The position numbers and the translations under genes are program-made. A DNA stretch of 64,000 nt from Bacilli bacterium. Lineage in GTDB: Bacteria; Bacillota_I; Bacilli_A; RF39; UBA660. Of the stretch, positions 32,487 to 43,164 are shown piece by piece. Numbering within the stretch: position 1 is the stretch's first letter; each line of letters opens with the position of its first letter. The stretch lies in assembly GCA_022009835.1 (NCBI GenBank), contig CP091726.1:17205-81204 (forward strand), read 5' to 3'. The notes below the pieces were generated by a model. The model made no database searches and had not been told where the DNA came from. It saw nothing but the letters and a program-made list of their open reading frames with translations.

Positions 32487-32657
32487 GTATCTTGGATACT
32501 TTTTAATTAAGATAAGTTTACTTAGCTTAATTAAACACTAATAAGACTTACATAGTAAGGCTTATAGTGGACATAATAAAGATAATATATAGGTATATTA
32601 AAACTAAGACTTGATATCTTAGTTTATTATTTAGTCAATGTTAATGTTTTTTTATTT

Positions 32658-33438
32658 TTAAAAATCTTTAGTATCATAACCCCATGGATTAGATACTAAT
32701 CTAGTATTATTTATTATTATATCTTCTTCTTTATGATCATGACCATATATCCATACTGGTGATTTATATTCTTTAACTTCTGTATAGTAACAAGAGTTAT
32801 TACCTCTACTATTATTTTTATTTCTAAATGGTGGTACATGAGTTATTATTAAATCTATATTATTTGGTAAGTTATTATACCAAGATATGCTATCGTTATG
32901 TAGTTTTTGTATTTTATCTTTCTTAGATAATTCTGATAAGATAAATCTTGAATCATTCTGTATAGGATAGTTATATAGTTTATCTACTAATGTTACTGGT
33001 TTATACCAAAGGGTATCTCCCGCTAATAAGAAGGTATTATAGGTATATAGTCCTTTAGTAATATTTGTTTTTATCTAGTATGATTATATCTTTTACTATC
33101 TTTAAATATTTCATTTAATCTATATACTTTATTCATACTATTATAGTTATATTCTTTAGCCATAGGATCAGTATAGATATATTTTTATTACTGGTATATA
33201 GTATTCATGATTACCTAGGACAAATATTACTTTTTTTATAGTATTTTGAACATGAATATAATAGTTCACTCACTCTATTTATATCTTCATCGATATCTCC
33301 CGCTACTACAAGGATATCTCCTTTTACTTGCTTGCTTATTTTATCTTGGACTAATTTATCTATTTTAGTTATGCTTTCTTTTTTACTTATGTAGTGAGTT
33401 AAGTGTAAATCAGATACGTAGTCAATGTTTAATTCCAT
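32658..33438 (-). CDS. calcineurin-like metallophosphoesterase, frameshifted
   Basis: DYVSDLHL (motif I), VVAGDI (II), VLGNHEY (III), ...ITHVPP..., IYGHDH (V). Confidence 0.7.
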
Positions 33439-33464
33439 GGTATTTTTCCTTTCTAGATGCTTAT

Positions 33465-33493
33465 ATTATATAGAAAGATGCAAATTATGTCAA
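33465..33493 (-). promoter_or_regulatory. consensus sigma-A promoter for the phosphoesterase gene
   Basis: Minus strand TTGACA-17 nt-TATAAT, about 27 nt upstream of the ATG at 33438. Confidence 0.6.
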
Positions 33494-33494
33494 A

Positions 33495-33526
33495 TAAAAA
33501 AACCATTGACACTTTTTATATGTCAA
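33495..33526 (-). terminator. rho-independent terminator after the HExxH gene
   Basis: Minus strand TTGACAtataaaaagTGTCAA followed by TGGTTTTTTT. Confidence 0.5.
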
Positions 33527-33543
33527 CAGTTTCTGCGGATAAG

Positions 33544-34302
33544 TTATTTATTATTACATTTGCTTATGAATTCTTCTTCGTGTTCTTTTAAATAGTTATA
33601 ACTTTCTTCAATAGCGGTCTCTATACTATTATTTTTATATATGCTTGTTATTTTTGTCTAATAAATTTATATTATCTATTTCTACATTATAAAAAGATAT
33701 CATAGCATTTAAACTTATGTTTATATATTTTTTGTATGTTAGTACTATTTAGTATTGGGTCTATGACTATTTCACTTAAATACCATAACAAGCTTGGACC
33801 ATCAAAATCTTCATACTTCCAATTCGGATATATTTCTTTACATTTCTCAAAGAAAAGGAAATGACATAATTCATGCATACAGGTATCTATTAAATCTTCT
33901 TTATTTTTCTTATGAATATCAAAGGCTTTTTCTTTAATGTATCTAGGACATACTGGTATTAGTCCTATTCCTACTGATATTTCTTTATATTCTTTTGGCC
34001 ACTTTATATTAAAGTAATTACTTAGTTCTAACATATATTTATCATTGTATTCATTCCAGATAGTGGTATATTCTTCTCTCAAGTTATTATTTTTCCTTTT
34101 ATAAAATTATTATATCTATCTTGAATTATGTCTTTGATATTATCTTCTTTGGTAAGTCTTTTTTTAATTCTGGATATAGGAATAATGTTCCTTCTTTTTA
34201 CTGATAATATATTATCAGTATCTTTAAGTGTCCATGATAGTATGTCAGATGTTTCTTCAAGAGTTAAATATTTAAATTTTTAAATTTTGGTATGTTATTC
34301 AT
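33544..34302 (-). CDS. hypothetical protein with HExxH motif (possible metallopeptidase), frameshifted; may be two genes
   Basis: AGGAGG RBS plus ATG at 34302. ORF 33687-34082 contains CMHELCHFLF. C-terminal extension ...NVEIDNINLLDKNNKHIYKNNSIETAIEESYNYLKEHEEEF. Confidence 0.4.
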
Positions 34303-34318
34303 ATTTCCTCCTATTTAA

Positions 34319-35936
34319 TTATATCATATTTTGTTTATTTTTCTCACGATAATCATCATAATTACCAATATATCTAGTGATGTTCTTATTTTTTATTTCT
34401 ATTATACTAGTAGCTATTTTTATTTATGAAATATCTATCATGAGATACAAATAATATAGTACCAGTAAACTCCTTTAGTGACTCTTCAAGCATTTCTCTT
34501 GTATCGATATCAATGTGATTAGTGGGTTCATCTAGGATTAAGAAGTTATATGAATTTTGGATTAGACAGAATATTTTTAATCTTACTTTTTCTCCTCCGG
34601 ATAAGTATTTTATTTTTTTATGAATGTTTTCTCCTGCAAAGAGGTATTTGAATAAAGCACTTCTTAAATATTGTTCTGGTCCAATGAAATATTTTCTAGC
34701 TTCTTCTAGTACTGATAAATTAATATCTTCAAACTCGATCTCTTGAGGAATATAACCTATCTTGATATTACTTCCTAGTTTTATACTATTATTTCCTTTT
34801 TAATATTTCTTTTGATTAGAGTTGATTTACCAACTCCATTATCTCCGACTAGACAGAGTCTATCTTGATATTTAATACTTAAGTTAAGGTTATTAAATAT
34901 TTCTTTAGTACCATAAGATAGATTTAGATTATTTATTGTTAATACATCTTTTTCCTGATCTACTAGCGGTATCAAAAGTTATATTTAGTTTTTTCTTGTC
35001 TTCTGGTTTATCTAACTTTTCTAGTTTTTCTAATCTTTTTTCGATACTAGCGGCTCTTCTAAAAAAATATTTCTCCACCACTTGGTCCACAAAGCCTGCC
35101 ATATTCTTTTTAATCTTTTGATACTATTTTTCCATAGCGGTTATTTGTTTTTGTTGGTCTTTATAGTTTTTTAATTCTAGTAATAGTCTATTTTCACTTT
35201 CTTTAATATAGTAACTATAATTGCCGTGATATACTTCTATTTCTCTTTTAGTTAATAAATATACTTTGTTTATGACATTATCCATGAAATAGCGGTCATG
35301 TGATACTAGTATTATTGTACCTTTATAGTTCTTTAATGTTTTTTCTAACCAAATCATTTTATTTATATCTAAGTGGTTAGTGGGTTCATCTAATAATAAG
35401 ACATCTGGTTCTTGTAATAATAATCTTATTAGAGATATGATGGTTTTTTTCTCCTCCAGATAGGGTATTGAAATTTCTATTTAATATTTCTTCAGTTATA
35501 TTAAATACTGGTAGTATTTTTTTGAATCTTTGTTTCATATTCATAACCTCCTAGGGAGATAAACTTCTCTTGCAGATTCATATACTTTGTTATTACTTTA
35601 TAATCTTCAGTTAAAAGTTTATCTTCATATCTTTCTAATTTTTCTTTTAGTTCTATTATTTCTTTAAAGGCACCATTTATATAGTCTTTTACTATTATAT
35701 CTTTTTCTTCAGGTATTTGACTTAAATAGCCTATACTTATATTATTTCTTATTGAAAGGGAACCGGAATCTATACTTTCTTGGCCTGCGATTATTTTTAG
35801 TATAGTACTCTTTCCACTTCCATTTGTTCCAATTAAACCTACTTTTTCTCCTTTTTGTACTGTTATATCTATATTATTTAATACTAAGTCAAAAACCAAA
35901 TGACTTACATACTTTACTTATATTTATATCTATCAT
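34319..35936 (-). CDS. ABC-F family ATPase (two NBDs, no TM domain; ARE/ribosome-protection type), frameshifted
   Basis: NBD1 Walker A GTNGSGKST, LLLDEPTNHLD, VSHDRYF. Inter-domain linker. NBD2 GDNGVGKSTL, LSGGEK, LILDEPTNHIDI. Confidence 0.85.
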
Positions 35937-35951
35937 AATATTCCTCCCATC

Positions 35952-36092
35952 AAAAAGTTATATGAATATATTGCATCCATATAACTTCTATTTATATATA
36001 TAGATGCAGGCACGACAAAAACTCACACCCACATCTCATTTTTTTTACTTTTATTTTTGATGAGATAAAGGTGTGATATTTATAGTAAACAT
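35952..36092 (-). promoter_or_regulatory. leader-peptide transcription attenuator of the ABC-F gene
   Basis: 13-codon ORF MFTINITPLSHQK (36051-36092) overlaps the 5' arm of terminator CACACC..ATCTCAT/ATGAGAT..GGTGTG plus T5 (36016-36075). Second 10-bp hairpin plus T-run at 35956-35987, just before the RBS. Confidence 0.55.
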
Positions 36093-36179
36093 GATTACAT
36101 TACCTACATATTTATACATAAATATCCCTCCATTTATAATATATTATAGTTTTTTTACTTTTTGTCAATTGTTTTTTTA

Positions 36180-36236
36180 CACTGCAAGCCATTTGTCTTG
36201 CTAGTGTTATTTGGAGCCTAGTTGGTCTCCAAATAA
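36180..36236 (-). repeat. tandem-hairpin element, copy A (inverted relative to B-D)
   Basis: Minus strand: TTATTTGGAG-ACCAACTAGG-CTCCAAATAA, then CACTAGCAAG-ACAAATGG-CTTGCAGTG. Confidence 0.55.
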
Positions 36237-36368
36237 GTATTAATTATACTTATTATATATAAGTATGAAATATATACTTAAAGTAGTTTATTATTGGTAT
36301 GTTATTTTTGAGTATAATAATAGTGCAATATACTTGACTTTTTATGATAGTTATAGTATCATTGTATT

Positions 36369-36483
36369 ACCGGAGAGAAATCTCGTCAGGTCGATAGCTC
36401 AATGTCGATTTTATTAAATTAAGTGTATGTTAAGTACACCGCTTGAGTTGGGGAGAGACTACTAGATAGTCTCTTTTCTTTTT
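36369..36483 (+). ncRNA. candidate about 115-nt small RNA with its own promoter and terminator
   Basis: TTGACT-17-TATCAT at 36334-36362. GAGA-GAAA-TCTC and GTGTA...TACAC hairpins. Terminator GAGAGACTA-ctaga-TAGTCTCT plus T-run at 36453-36483. No ORF. Confidence 0.25.
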
Positions 36484-37220
36484 ATGGGAATAATAGTTTA
36501 TGATCGATAATATCAATATCAGAATCAATATTTGATAATGCTCTTCTTCTAGTAGTGCCTGCGATTAAATCTGCTGCCTGCACTAAGTAACTCTTACCTG
36601 AATCTTGATATGTTAATCTTATTTCTAATTTTCCATATAATATATTTTTGTATATTATGTCATAATTAAAATTAGATATTCCATGTAGTAATTCTTCTGT
36701 TAGGCCATCTTTTAAATTATAATAACCATTACTTTTTGTAGATTGTTCATCTATATTTATTATTAATCTCACATTTTTATTTGGGTTTATTTTTTTATCT
36801 TTTATTAATTCTTCAATGGTACTTTTAATTAATCTTCTTATTGTGTAATCTATGTATCTTCCTTTTGAGGCTTTATTATTTATAATATGATTATATACTT
36901 TTTGTATTATTTATTACTAGGGCAATAGTATAATATTTACTTATATAGTTCATAATCCTTCTTTTTATGACCTTTCTTGATATTTGTATTTTTTTATTTC
37001 TTTACATTTTTTTAGTACATTCTCCTTTTTGTTTGGCCACAGTAAGAACATTTTTATTTCATTTATTATTTTACGATATTGAGTTATAAATTTATCTTTT
37101 TTTCTTGTTTTTGATAAAAAGACTATTCCTGCATATACTGATACCTTTTTCCTTTTTTGTTAATTTACCTGAATCATCTAAATTTATATATATTTCTTGA
37201 TATTCTTCTTTTTTATTCAT
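36482..37220 (-). CDS. DUF3800-family protein, frameshifted
   Basis: N-terminal EIYINLDDSGKL (DESG-like box). C-terminal ORF with YLVQAADLIAG (DUF3800 Q.AD..AG box). Confidence 0.55.
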
Positions 37221-37332
37221 GTAAGTGCTCCCTTCAATTGTTTTAATGTTTATTATAGCACTTACTTTTTACTCTTGTCATTAGTTTTTTTAATAATTTT
37301 GTTTATCAACAATATATGTGGATATAAGAAAA

Positions 37333-37358
37333 AAACTATAGACATTAATCTATAGTTT
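37333..37358 (-). terminator. rho-independent terminator
   Basis: AAACTATAG-n8-CTATAGTTT followed by T7 on the minus strand. Confidence 0.5.
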
Positions 37359-37373
37359 ATATAAATACTTTTT

Positions 37374-37457
37374 ATTTCAGAGACATTTGGCTCTGAAATA
37401 TTTTTTTGAAAGACCTTGGGCTCTCAAAAAAACCAGAAGCGACATTAGGCACGCTGG
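37374..37457. repeat. tandem-hairpin element, copy B
   Basis: ATTTCAGAG-ACATTTGG-CTCTGAAAT; TTTGAAAG-ACCTTGGG-CTCTCAAA; then CCAGAAGCG...CGCTGG. Confidence 0.6.
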
Positions 37458-37491
37458 ATACTACTTTTTTTGTAAAGTTTTTTTCCTTTTG

Positions 37492-37590
37492 GCTTAATTT
37501 TGGTTTTGTTCATTATTCTGAGGTGTTTGTTCGGGTAACTGACCTGTTACATATAGGTACTCTAAATAGTCTTCAAAATTAAAAATTCAT
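37492..37590 (-). CDS. possible 31-aa peptide (needs one T removed from a T5 run)
   Basis: AAAGGAG RBS. MNFNFEDYLEYLYVTGQLPEQTPQNNEQNQN after repair. Confidence 0.15.
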
Positions 37591-37696
37591 TTTTATCTCC
37601 TTTTTCTTTATATTATATTAGCATAAGTATTATTTTTTTGCAATTTTTATTATATATACTATTTATATGGTAAAATTATAATAGGTGAAGAAGAAT

Positions 37697-39471
37697 ATGT
37701 TGGGGAAGATTATTGCTATTAATGATAATATTGTTTCTGTACAATTACAGGTTAATGTTTATGATTATGATGGTTTAATTGGTAAAAATGTTATTTTTAA
37801 AGATACTTCTTTTACTAATATAGGTGAAGTTATCGCTATCGGTAATGGTATTATGCAGGTATCTTTAGTTGGTGAAATTAAAGATGGTAAGTTTTTATAT
37901 GGTGATATTTCTAAGCCATCTTTCAGAGCAGAATGTCATACTATAGATAATGATACTTTTAGATATTATATTAAATAATGATGCCTCTAATAACATTAAA
38001 CTTGGTAAATCTTTTATTTATCCTAATTATGATATTAAACTTGATGTTGGTAATTTCTTTTTCTAATCATTTTGCTATTTTTAGGTAATTCTGGTAGTGG
38101 TAAATCTTATTCTGTAGCTAAAATTCTACAAGGTATCTTCTACCAATGTAAGAGTTTGCCTTTTTTTATTCTAATATCTTTTTTTATTTGATGCTTATGG
38201 TGAGTATCAAAGGGCTTTTTCGAGAATTCATGAGGTTAATGAAAATATTAATTATAAAGTTTATACTACAGATCTTAATAGTAGTGAGTTTGAAATTATT
38301 CAAATGCCTTTTTTTGGCTTCTTGGTCTTGATGATTTATGTTTACTTATGAATGTTACCTCTAAAGAACAGATTCCTTTTTATTGAAAAAGGCTCTTAAG
38401 TTAGTTAGTTATTTTTCTAGAAATGAGGATGAAATTATTAATCAGAAAAATGATATTATTGCAAGGTGTTTGCTAGATGTTTTGTTTTCTGGTAAATCTC
38501 CTAGTATGATTAGGAATAAGTTTATTTCTATTCTTACTAAATTTAGTACTAGAAATCTTAATTTAGATGTTAGTCTTGTTAAGGGTGGTTGGACAAGAAC
38601 TATTAGGCAATGTTTATTTGTAGAGGCTGGTGGTGAATTTTCTGATGTTGAGGTTGTTATTGAATATCTAGAAAGTTTATGTCTTGATAATTTTGAACTT
38701 TCAATGCCTAACGGTGAGTTTATGTATACTATGAAAGATTTTAGTGTTGCTCTTGACTTTGCTCTTATTTCAGAAGGTGCTCTTAATAGTGATTCAGCTT
38801 TTGAACTTTCTAATGTTTTAAAAGTTAGATTTAATAGTTTAATGAATAGTAATTATGCTAGATATTTTGAATATAATGGCTATATTAATAGAGAGGGTTA
38901 TATTAATTATTTACTTACTACTTCTAATGGTAGAAAAGCACAAATTATTAATTTTAATATTAATTATGTTGATGATAGATTTGCTAAAACTTTGGTTAAA
39001 ATTTATTCTAAACTTCTTTTTTTGATTATCTTGTTTCGTTAAATCAAAGAGGTTCTATTCCTTTTCATATTGTTTTTAGAGGAAGCTCATAGATATGTTC
39101 AAAATGATGATGATGCTATAATTCTTGGATATAATATTTTTGAGAGAATTACTAAAGAAGGTAGAAAGTATGGTTTGTTTTTAGGTATCGTTTCACAGAG
39201 ACCTTCAGAGCTTTCGGAAACTACAATATCGCAATGTAGTAACTTTCTCCTATTTAAGATGTTTCACCCTAGAGATTTACAGTTTGTTAGGGATATTATT
39301 TCTAGTGCAGATATTACACTGACAAATAAGATTAAGACTTTGCATCCTGGTAGTTGTATTATGTTTGGTACAGCATTTAAGATGCCTACAATTGCTATTT
39401 TAGATAAGCCTAATCCTGAACCTCTTAGTCAGACTTGTGATATTAATCAAACTTGGTATATTCATAATTAG
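37697..39471 (+). CDS. HerA-like (DUF87) ATPase with N-terminal HAS-barrel, frameshifted
   Basis: MLGKIIAINDNIVSVQLQ... (barrel). Walker A FGNSGSGKSYS after repair. LFDAYGEY. Walker B ...VFLEEAHRYV. SQRPSELSETTISQCSNFLLFKM. Confidence 0.8.
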
Positions 39472-39483
39472 TTTATTGAAAAA

Positions 39484-39524
39484 GATAATTCTATGTTTAT
39501 TAGAACTATCTTTTTTTATTTATT
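39484..39524 (+). terminator. rho-independent terminator after herA-like gene
   Basis: GATAATTCTA-n7-TAGAACTATC followed by T7. Confidence 0.55.
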
Positions 39525-39541
39525 AATTAATATATCTAATA

Positions 39542-39622
39542 CTTTGGAGACTTTGGGCTCTAAAGTTTTATAGAAAGACTATGGGCTTTCTATAACGGCG
39601 AGCAATGAAATGTGAAGCGAAC
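39542..39622. repeat. tandem-hairpin element, copy C, plus conserved linear tail
   Basis: CTTTGGAG-ACTTTGGG-CTCTAAAG; TAGAAAG-ACTATGGG-CTTTCTA; tail AACGGCGAGCAATGAAATGTGAAGCGAAC. Confidence 0.6.
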
Positions 39623-39651
39623 AAAAATAGTCTAGATTCTTTCTAAACTAT

Positions 39652-42494
39652 TTATTTTTTTAGTACTTCTTTTAAATATTGGCCTGTATAAGATGCTGGA
39701 ATTTCCGCTAGTTCCTCTGGTGTTCCAGTTGCTACGATTGTTCCTCCACCAGTTCCTCCTTCAGGACCTAAATCTATTATGTAGTCTGCTACTTTGATAA
39801 CATCTAGATTATGTTCTATTATTACTACGGTATCACTCATTATCGACAATTCTTTCTAGAATAGCTAATAATTTTTTGATATCAGCTTGATGTAATCCTG
39901 TTGTTGGTTCATCTAGAATAAATACTGTTTTCCCAGTTGGTTTCTTTTGTAATTCTTTGGCTAATTTTACACGAGCTGCTTCTCCTCCAGATAGTGTAGG
40001 AGCACTTTGACCTAAACGAACATAACCTAGTCCTACTTCATTTTAATACTTTTTAATTTATTTAATACTTTTTGGATGGTTTTCAAAGAAGGTCATAGCC
40101 TCTTCTACTCGCATATTTAAAACATCATAGATATTTTTTTATCTTTATATTTTTATTTCTAACGTTTCACTATTATATCTTGTTCCATTACATACTTCAC
40201 ATGGGACATAAACATCTGGTAAGAAATGCATTTCTATTTTCTTTACACCATCACCCCAGCATGCTTCACATCTTCCGCCTTTAACATTAAAGCTAAATCT
40301 TCCTTTATCATAACCTCTTATTTTGGCTTCTTTAGTTTCTGCAAATATATCTCTTATGTCATCAAATACTCCAGTATATGTTGCGGGATTACTTCGTGGA
40401 GTTCTTCCTATTGGAGTCTGTGATATTTGAACAACTTTATCGACATTATCTAGTCCTTTTTATTTCTTTTATATTTTTCCTGGTTTATCTTTAGAACCAT
40501 AAATATTTTTGAGCTAAGGCTTTTATATAATATTTCATTTATTAAACTTGACTTTCCAGATCCTGATACTCCAGTTACTAGAGTCATTGTTCCTAATGGG
40601 ATTTTTACATTAATGTTCTTTAGATTGTTTTTCTTTAGCACCTTTTTATTTCAAGATATTTTTTTGTTTCCTTTTTCTTCTCTTTGTTGGCACTTCTATT
40701 TTTTTCTGTTCCTTTTTAGATATCTTCCTGTTATGCTATTTTTCATTATTCATTACTTCTTGAGGGGTGCCCGCTGCTACTACATAACCTCCATGTTCTC
40801 CGGCTCCTGGTCCAATATCAATTAAATAATCGGCCGCTAGCATTGTATCTGTATCATGTTCTACCACGATTAGGGAATTACCTAAATCACGCATTTCTAG
40901 TAGTGAGTTTATTAATTTTTGATTATCTCTTTGATGTAAGCCAATACTTGGTTCATCTAGAACATATAATACTCCTGTTAATCTTGAACCTATTTGAGTT
41001 GCTAATCTGATTCTTTGACTTTCTCCTCCTGATAATGTCCCTGCTTCTCTTGAAAGTGTTAAGTAAGATAGGCCAACGTTTTTTAGGAAGGTTAATCTTG
41101 AATCTATTTCTTTAATAATTATTTCAGATATTTCTTTTTTTGTTCTTTAGTTAGTTTTTAGATTCGTTATGAAGTCTTTTAATTTTTCAATTGACATGCA
41201 TGTTACTTCATAAATGTTTTTATTATTTATTAGGACATTTAGAACCGATGGTTTTAATCTTGAACCATGACAGGTAGGACACTCTAATTCTGTCATATAT
41301 CCTTCTATCCATTCTCTTATCCAAGTGCTTTTTGTTTCTATATATCTTCTTTCTAGATTGGTTATTATTCCTTCATAGTAACTTGTTGTTTTTCTGGTAT
41401 TACCATTTTTTGCTTTGTAATTGAAGGTTAATGCTTCTGGAGAACCGTATAAGATAATGTCTAACTCTTCCTTAGTTAAATCTTTTACTGGTTTATTTAA
41501 ATCAATGTGATAATGGTCTGCTAGAGTAGTTAATTCTGTGTACATTATACTTGCTTCTTCATCTAAATTTATTGGCTTTATAGCCCCTTCAATGATAGAA
41601 AGATTTTTATTTGGTATTACTAAGTCAACATCAATTTTATATTTAATTCCTAATCCTTTACAGTCAGGGCAAGATCCATAGGGGGCGTTGAAGGAAAATA
41701 TTCTTGGTTCTAATTCTTCTAGTGAATAATCGCAATATGGACAGGCATAGTCTTCGCTCATGGTTATTTCTTCGCCACCTACGACATCGATAACTACTTT
41801 ACCATGACTTAATTTACTAGCGGTTTCCAATGAGGAGTATAGTCTACTTCTGATTCCATCTTTTATTACTAATCTATCAATAATTACAGATATGTTGTGT
41901 TTTTTGTTTTTTTCTAGTTCTAAATCTAATGATAGATCTTTTATTTCATCGTCTATTTTTGCTCTAATATATCCTTCTTTTCGTAGTTTCTCAAGTAAGT
42001 CTTTTTGGGTTCCTTTTTCGCCTTTTACTACTGGAGACATTACCATTATCTTGGTATTTTCTTCTAGTTCTAGTAATTTATTGGTCATCTCTTCTACTGA
42101 CTGAGAAGAGATTGGAATATGGTGGTTTGGACAGTATGGTACTCCTATTCTTGCAAACAACAATCTCAAATAATCATATATTTCGGTTACTGTTCCTACA
42201 GTACTTCTAGGATTCTTATTAGTTGTTTTTTGATCTATTGATATACTAGGAGATAATCCTTCAATGACATCAACATCTGGTTTTCCCGATGATCCTAAGA
42301 ATTGTCTTGCATAAGCGGATAAACTCTCAACATATCTTCTTTGTCCTTCAGCATAAATTGTATCAAAGGCTAATGATGATTTACCTGAACCTGATACTCC
42401 GGTCATTACAACTAGTTTATTTTTTTAGGTATTTCTATATTTATATTTTTTTAGATTATTTTTCTCTTGCACCTTTTATTATTATTTTATCCAT
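39652..42494 (-). CDS. uvrA: excinuclease ABC subunit A, frameshifted into at least 4 pieces
   Basis: [17 protein letters not shown]...[37 protein letters not shown]... C-terminal [35 protein letters not shown]. Confidence 0.95.
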
Positions 42495-42584
42495 ATTTAT
42501 CACTGCTTCCTTTTTCTTTGTTATTATATCACATTTTTTCTTTTTTATAAATATGAAAAAAATGCTAATTTTAGCACTTTATTG

Positions 42585-43039
42585 TCAATTTAAATTTAAT
42601 TCTCCAGGAGCTACTGTTCTGGCTCCTGATGCTGCCCATGGATTGTTTGTTGTTCTTTCTAATACTTTTTGGTTCATTTTTTTAGGAGGATTTTTCTTCG
42701 GATAATCCAATGGTTGGGAGTAGTAGTTTTTGATATTCGAATTATCTTCTGGTACTTCTGATGAAAGTTTGGTATTTTCTCTTGGATGATTTTGCTTATC
42801 TAAATCTACTAATTCACGATATTTTTGTGAATAGATACTTGGTGTTTCAACTTGTATTGGTCTTGTTTTGCTTTCTTCTACAGGAGGTAGTTCTTCTTTA
42901 ATTGATAATGAAGGTATTTTTTTCTTGTGTTTCTGTTAAGTAATCTTGTAGCAAGGCTTTTTAATTCTTGCTTTGTTTGGGATTGTGTTATTAAATTAAT
43001 AATTTCTAATTTAGTTTCTGCTGTTAAATTATTATTCAT
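42585..43039 (-). CDS. hypothetical protein, frameshifted
   Basis: AGGAGGT RBS. MNNNLTAETKLEIINLITQSQTKQELKSLATRLL... Terminator TGCTAAaaTTAGCA plus T7 downstream. Confidence 0.35.
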
Positions 43040-43164
43040 TTCATTACCTCCTATTTTTATTATAGTATATATTATAATGGAAAAAAAGTAAATATTACTC
43101 CTATTATTTGCTTTCATTTGACATTATATTTGATATTTTTTTCTTTGATTCTTTTTTTATTATA

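Noticed and set aside
20888-32500. CRISPR array or other regularly spaced short repeats among the many AT-rich repeats.
   Set aside because: The repeats are few (2-3 copies) and long (36-950 nt). They are separated by kilobases of coding sequence, with no repeat-spacer periodicity and no cas genes.
36369-36483. SRP (4.5S) RNA or a tRNA-like gene, because of the GTCAGGTC stretch and local GC.
   Set aside because: It lacks the conserved GGAA tetraloop and AGCAGC domain IV motifs of SRP RNA and cannot form a cloverleaf. I keep it only as a low-confidence sRNA candidate.
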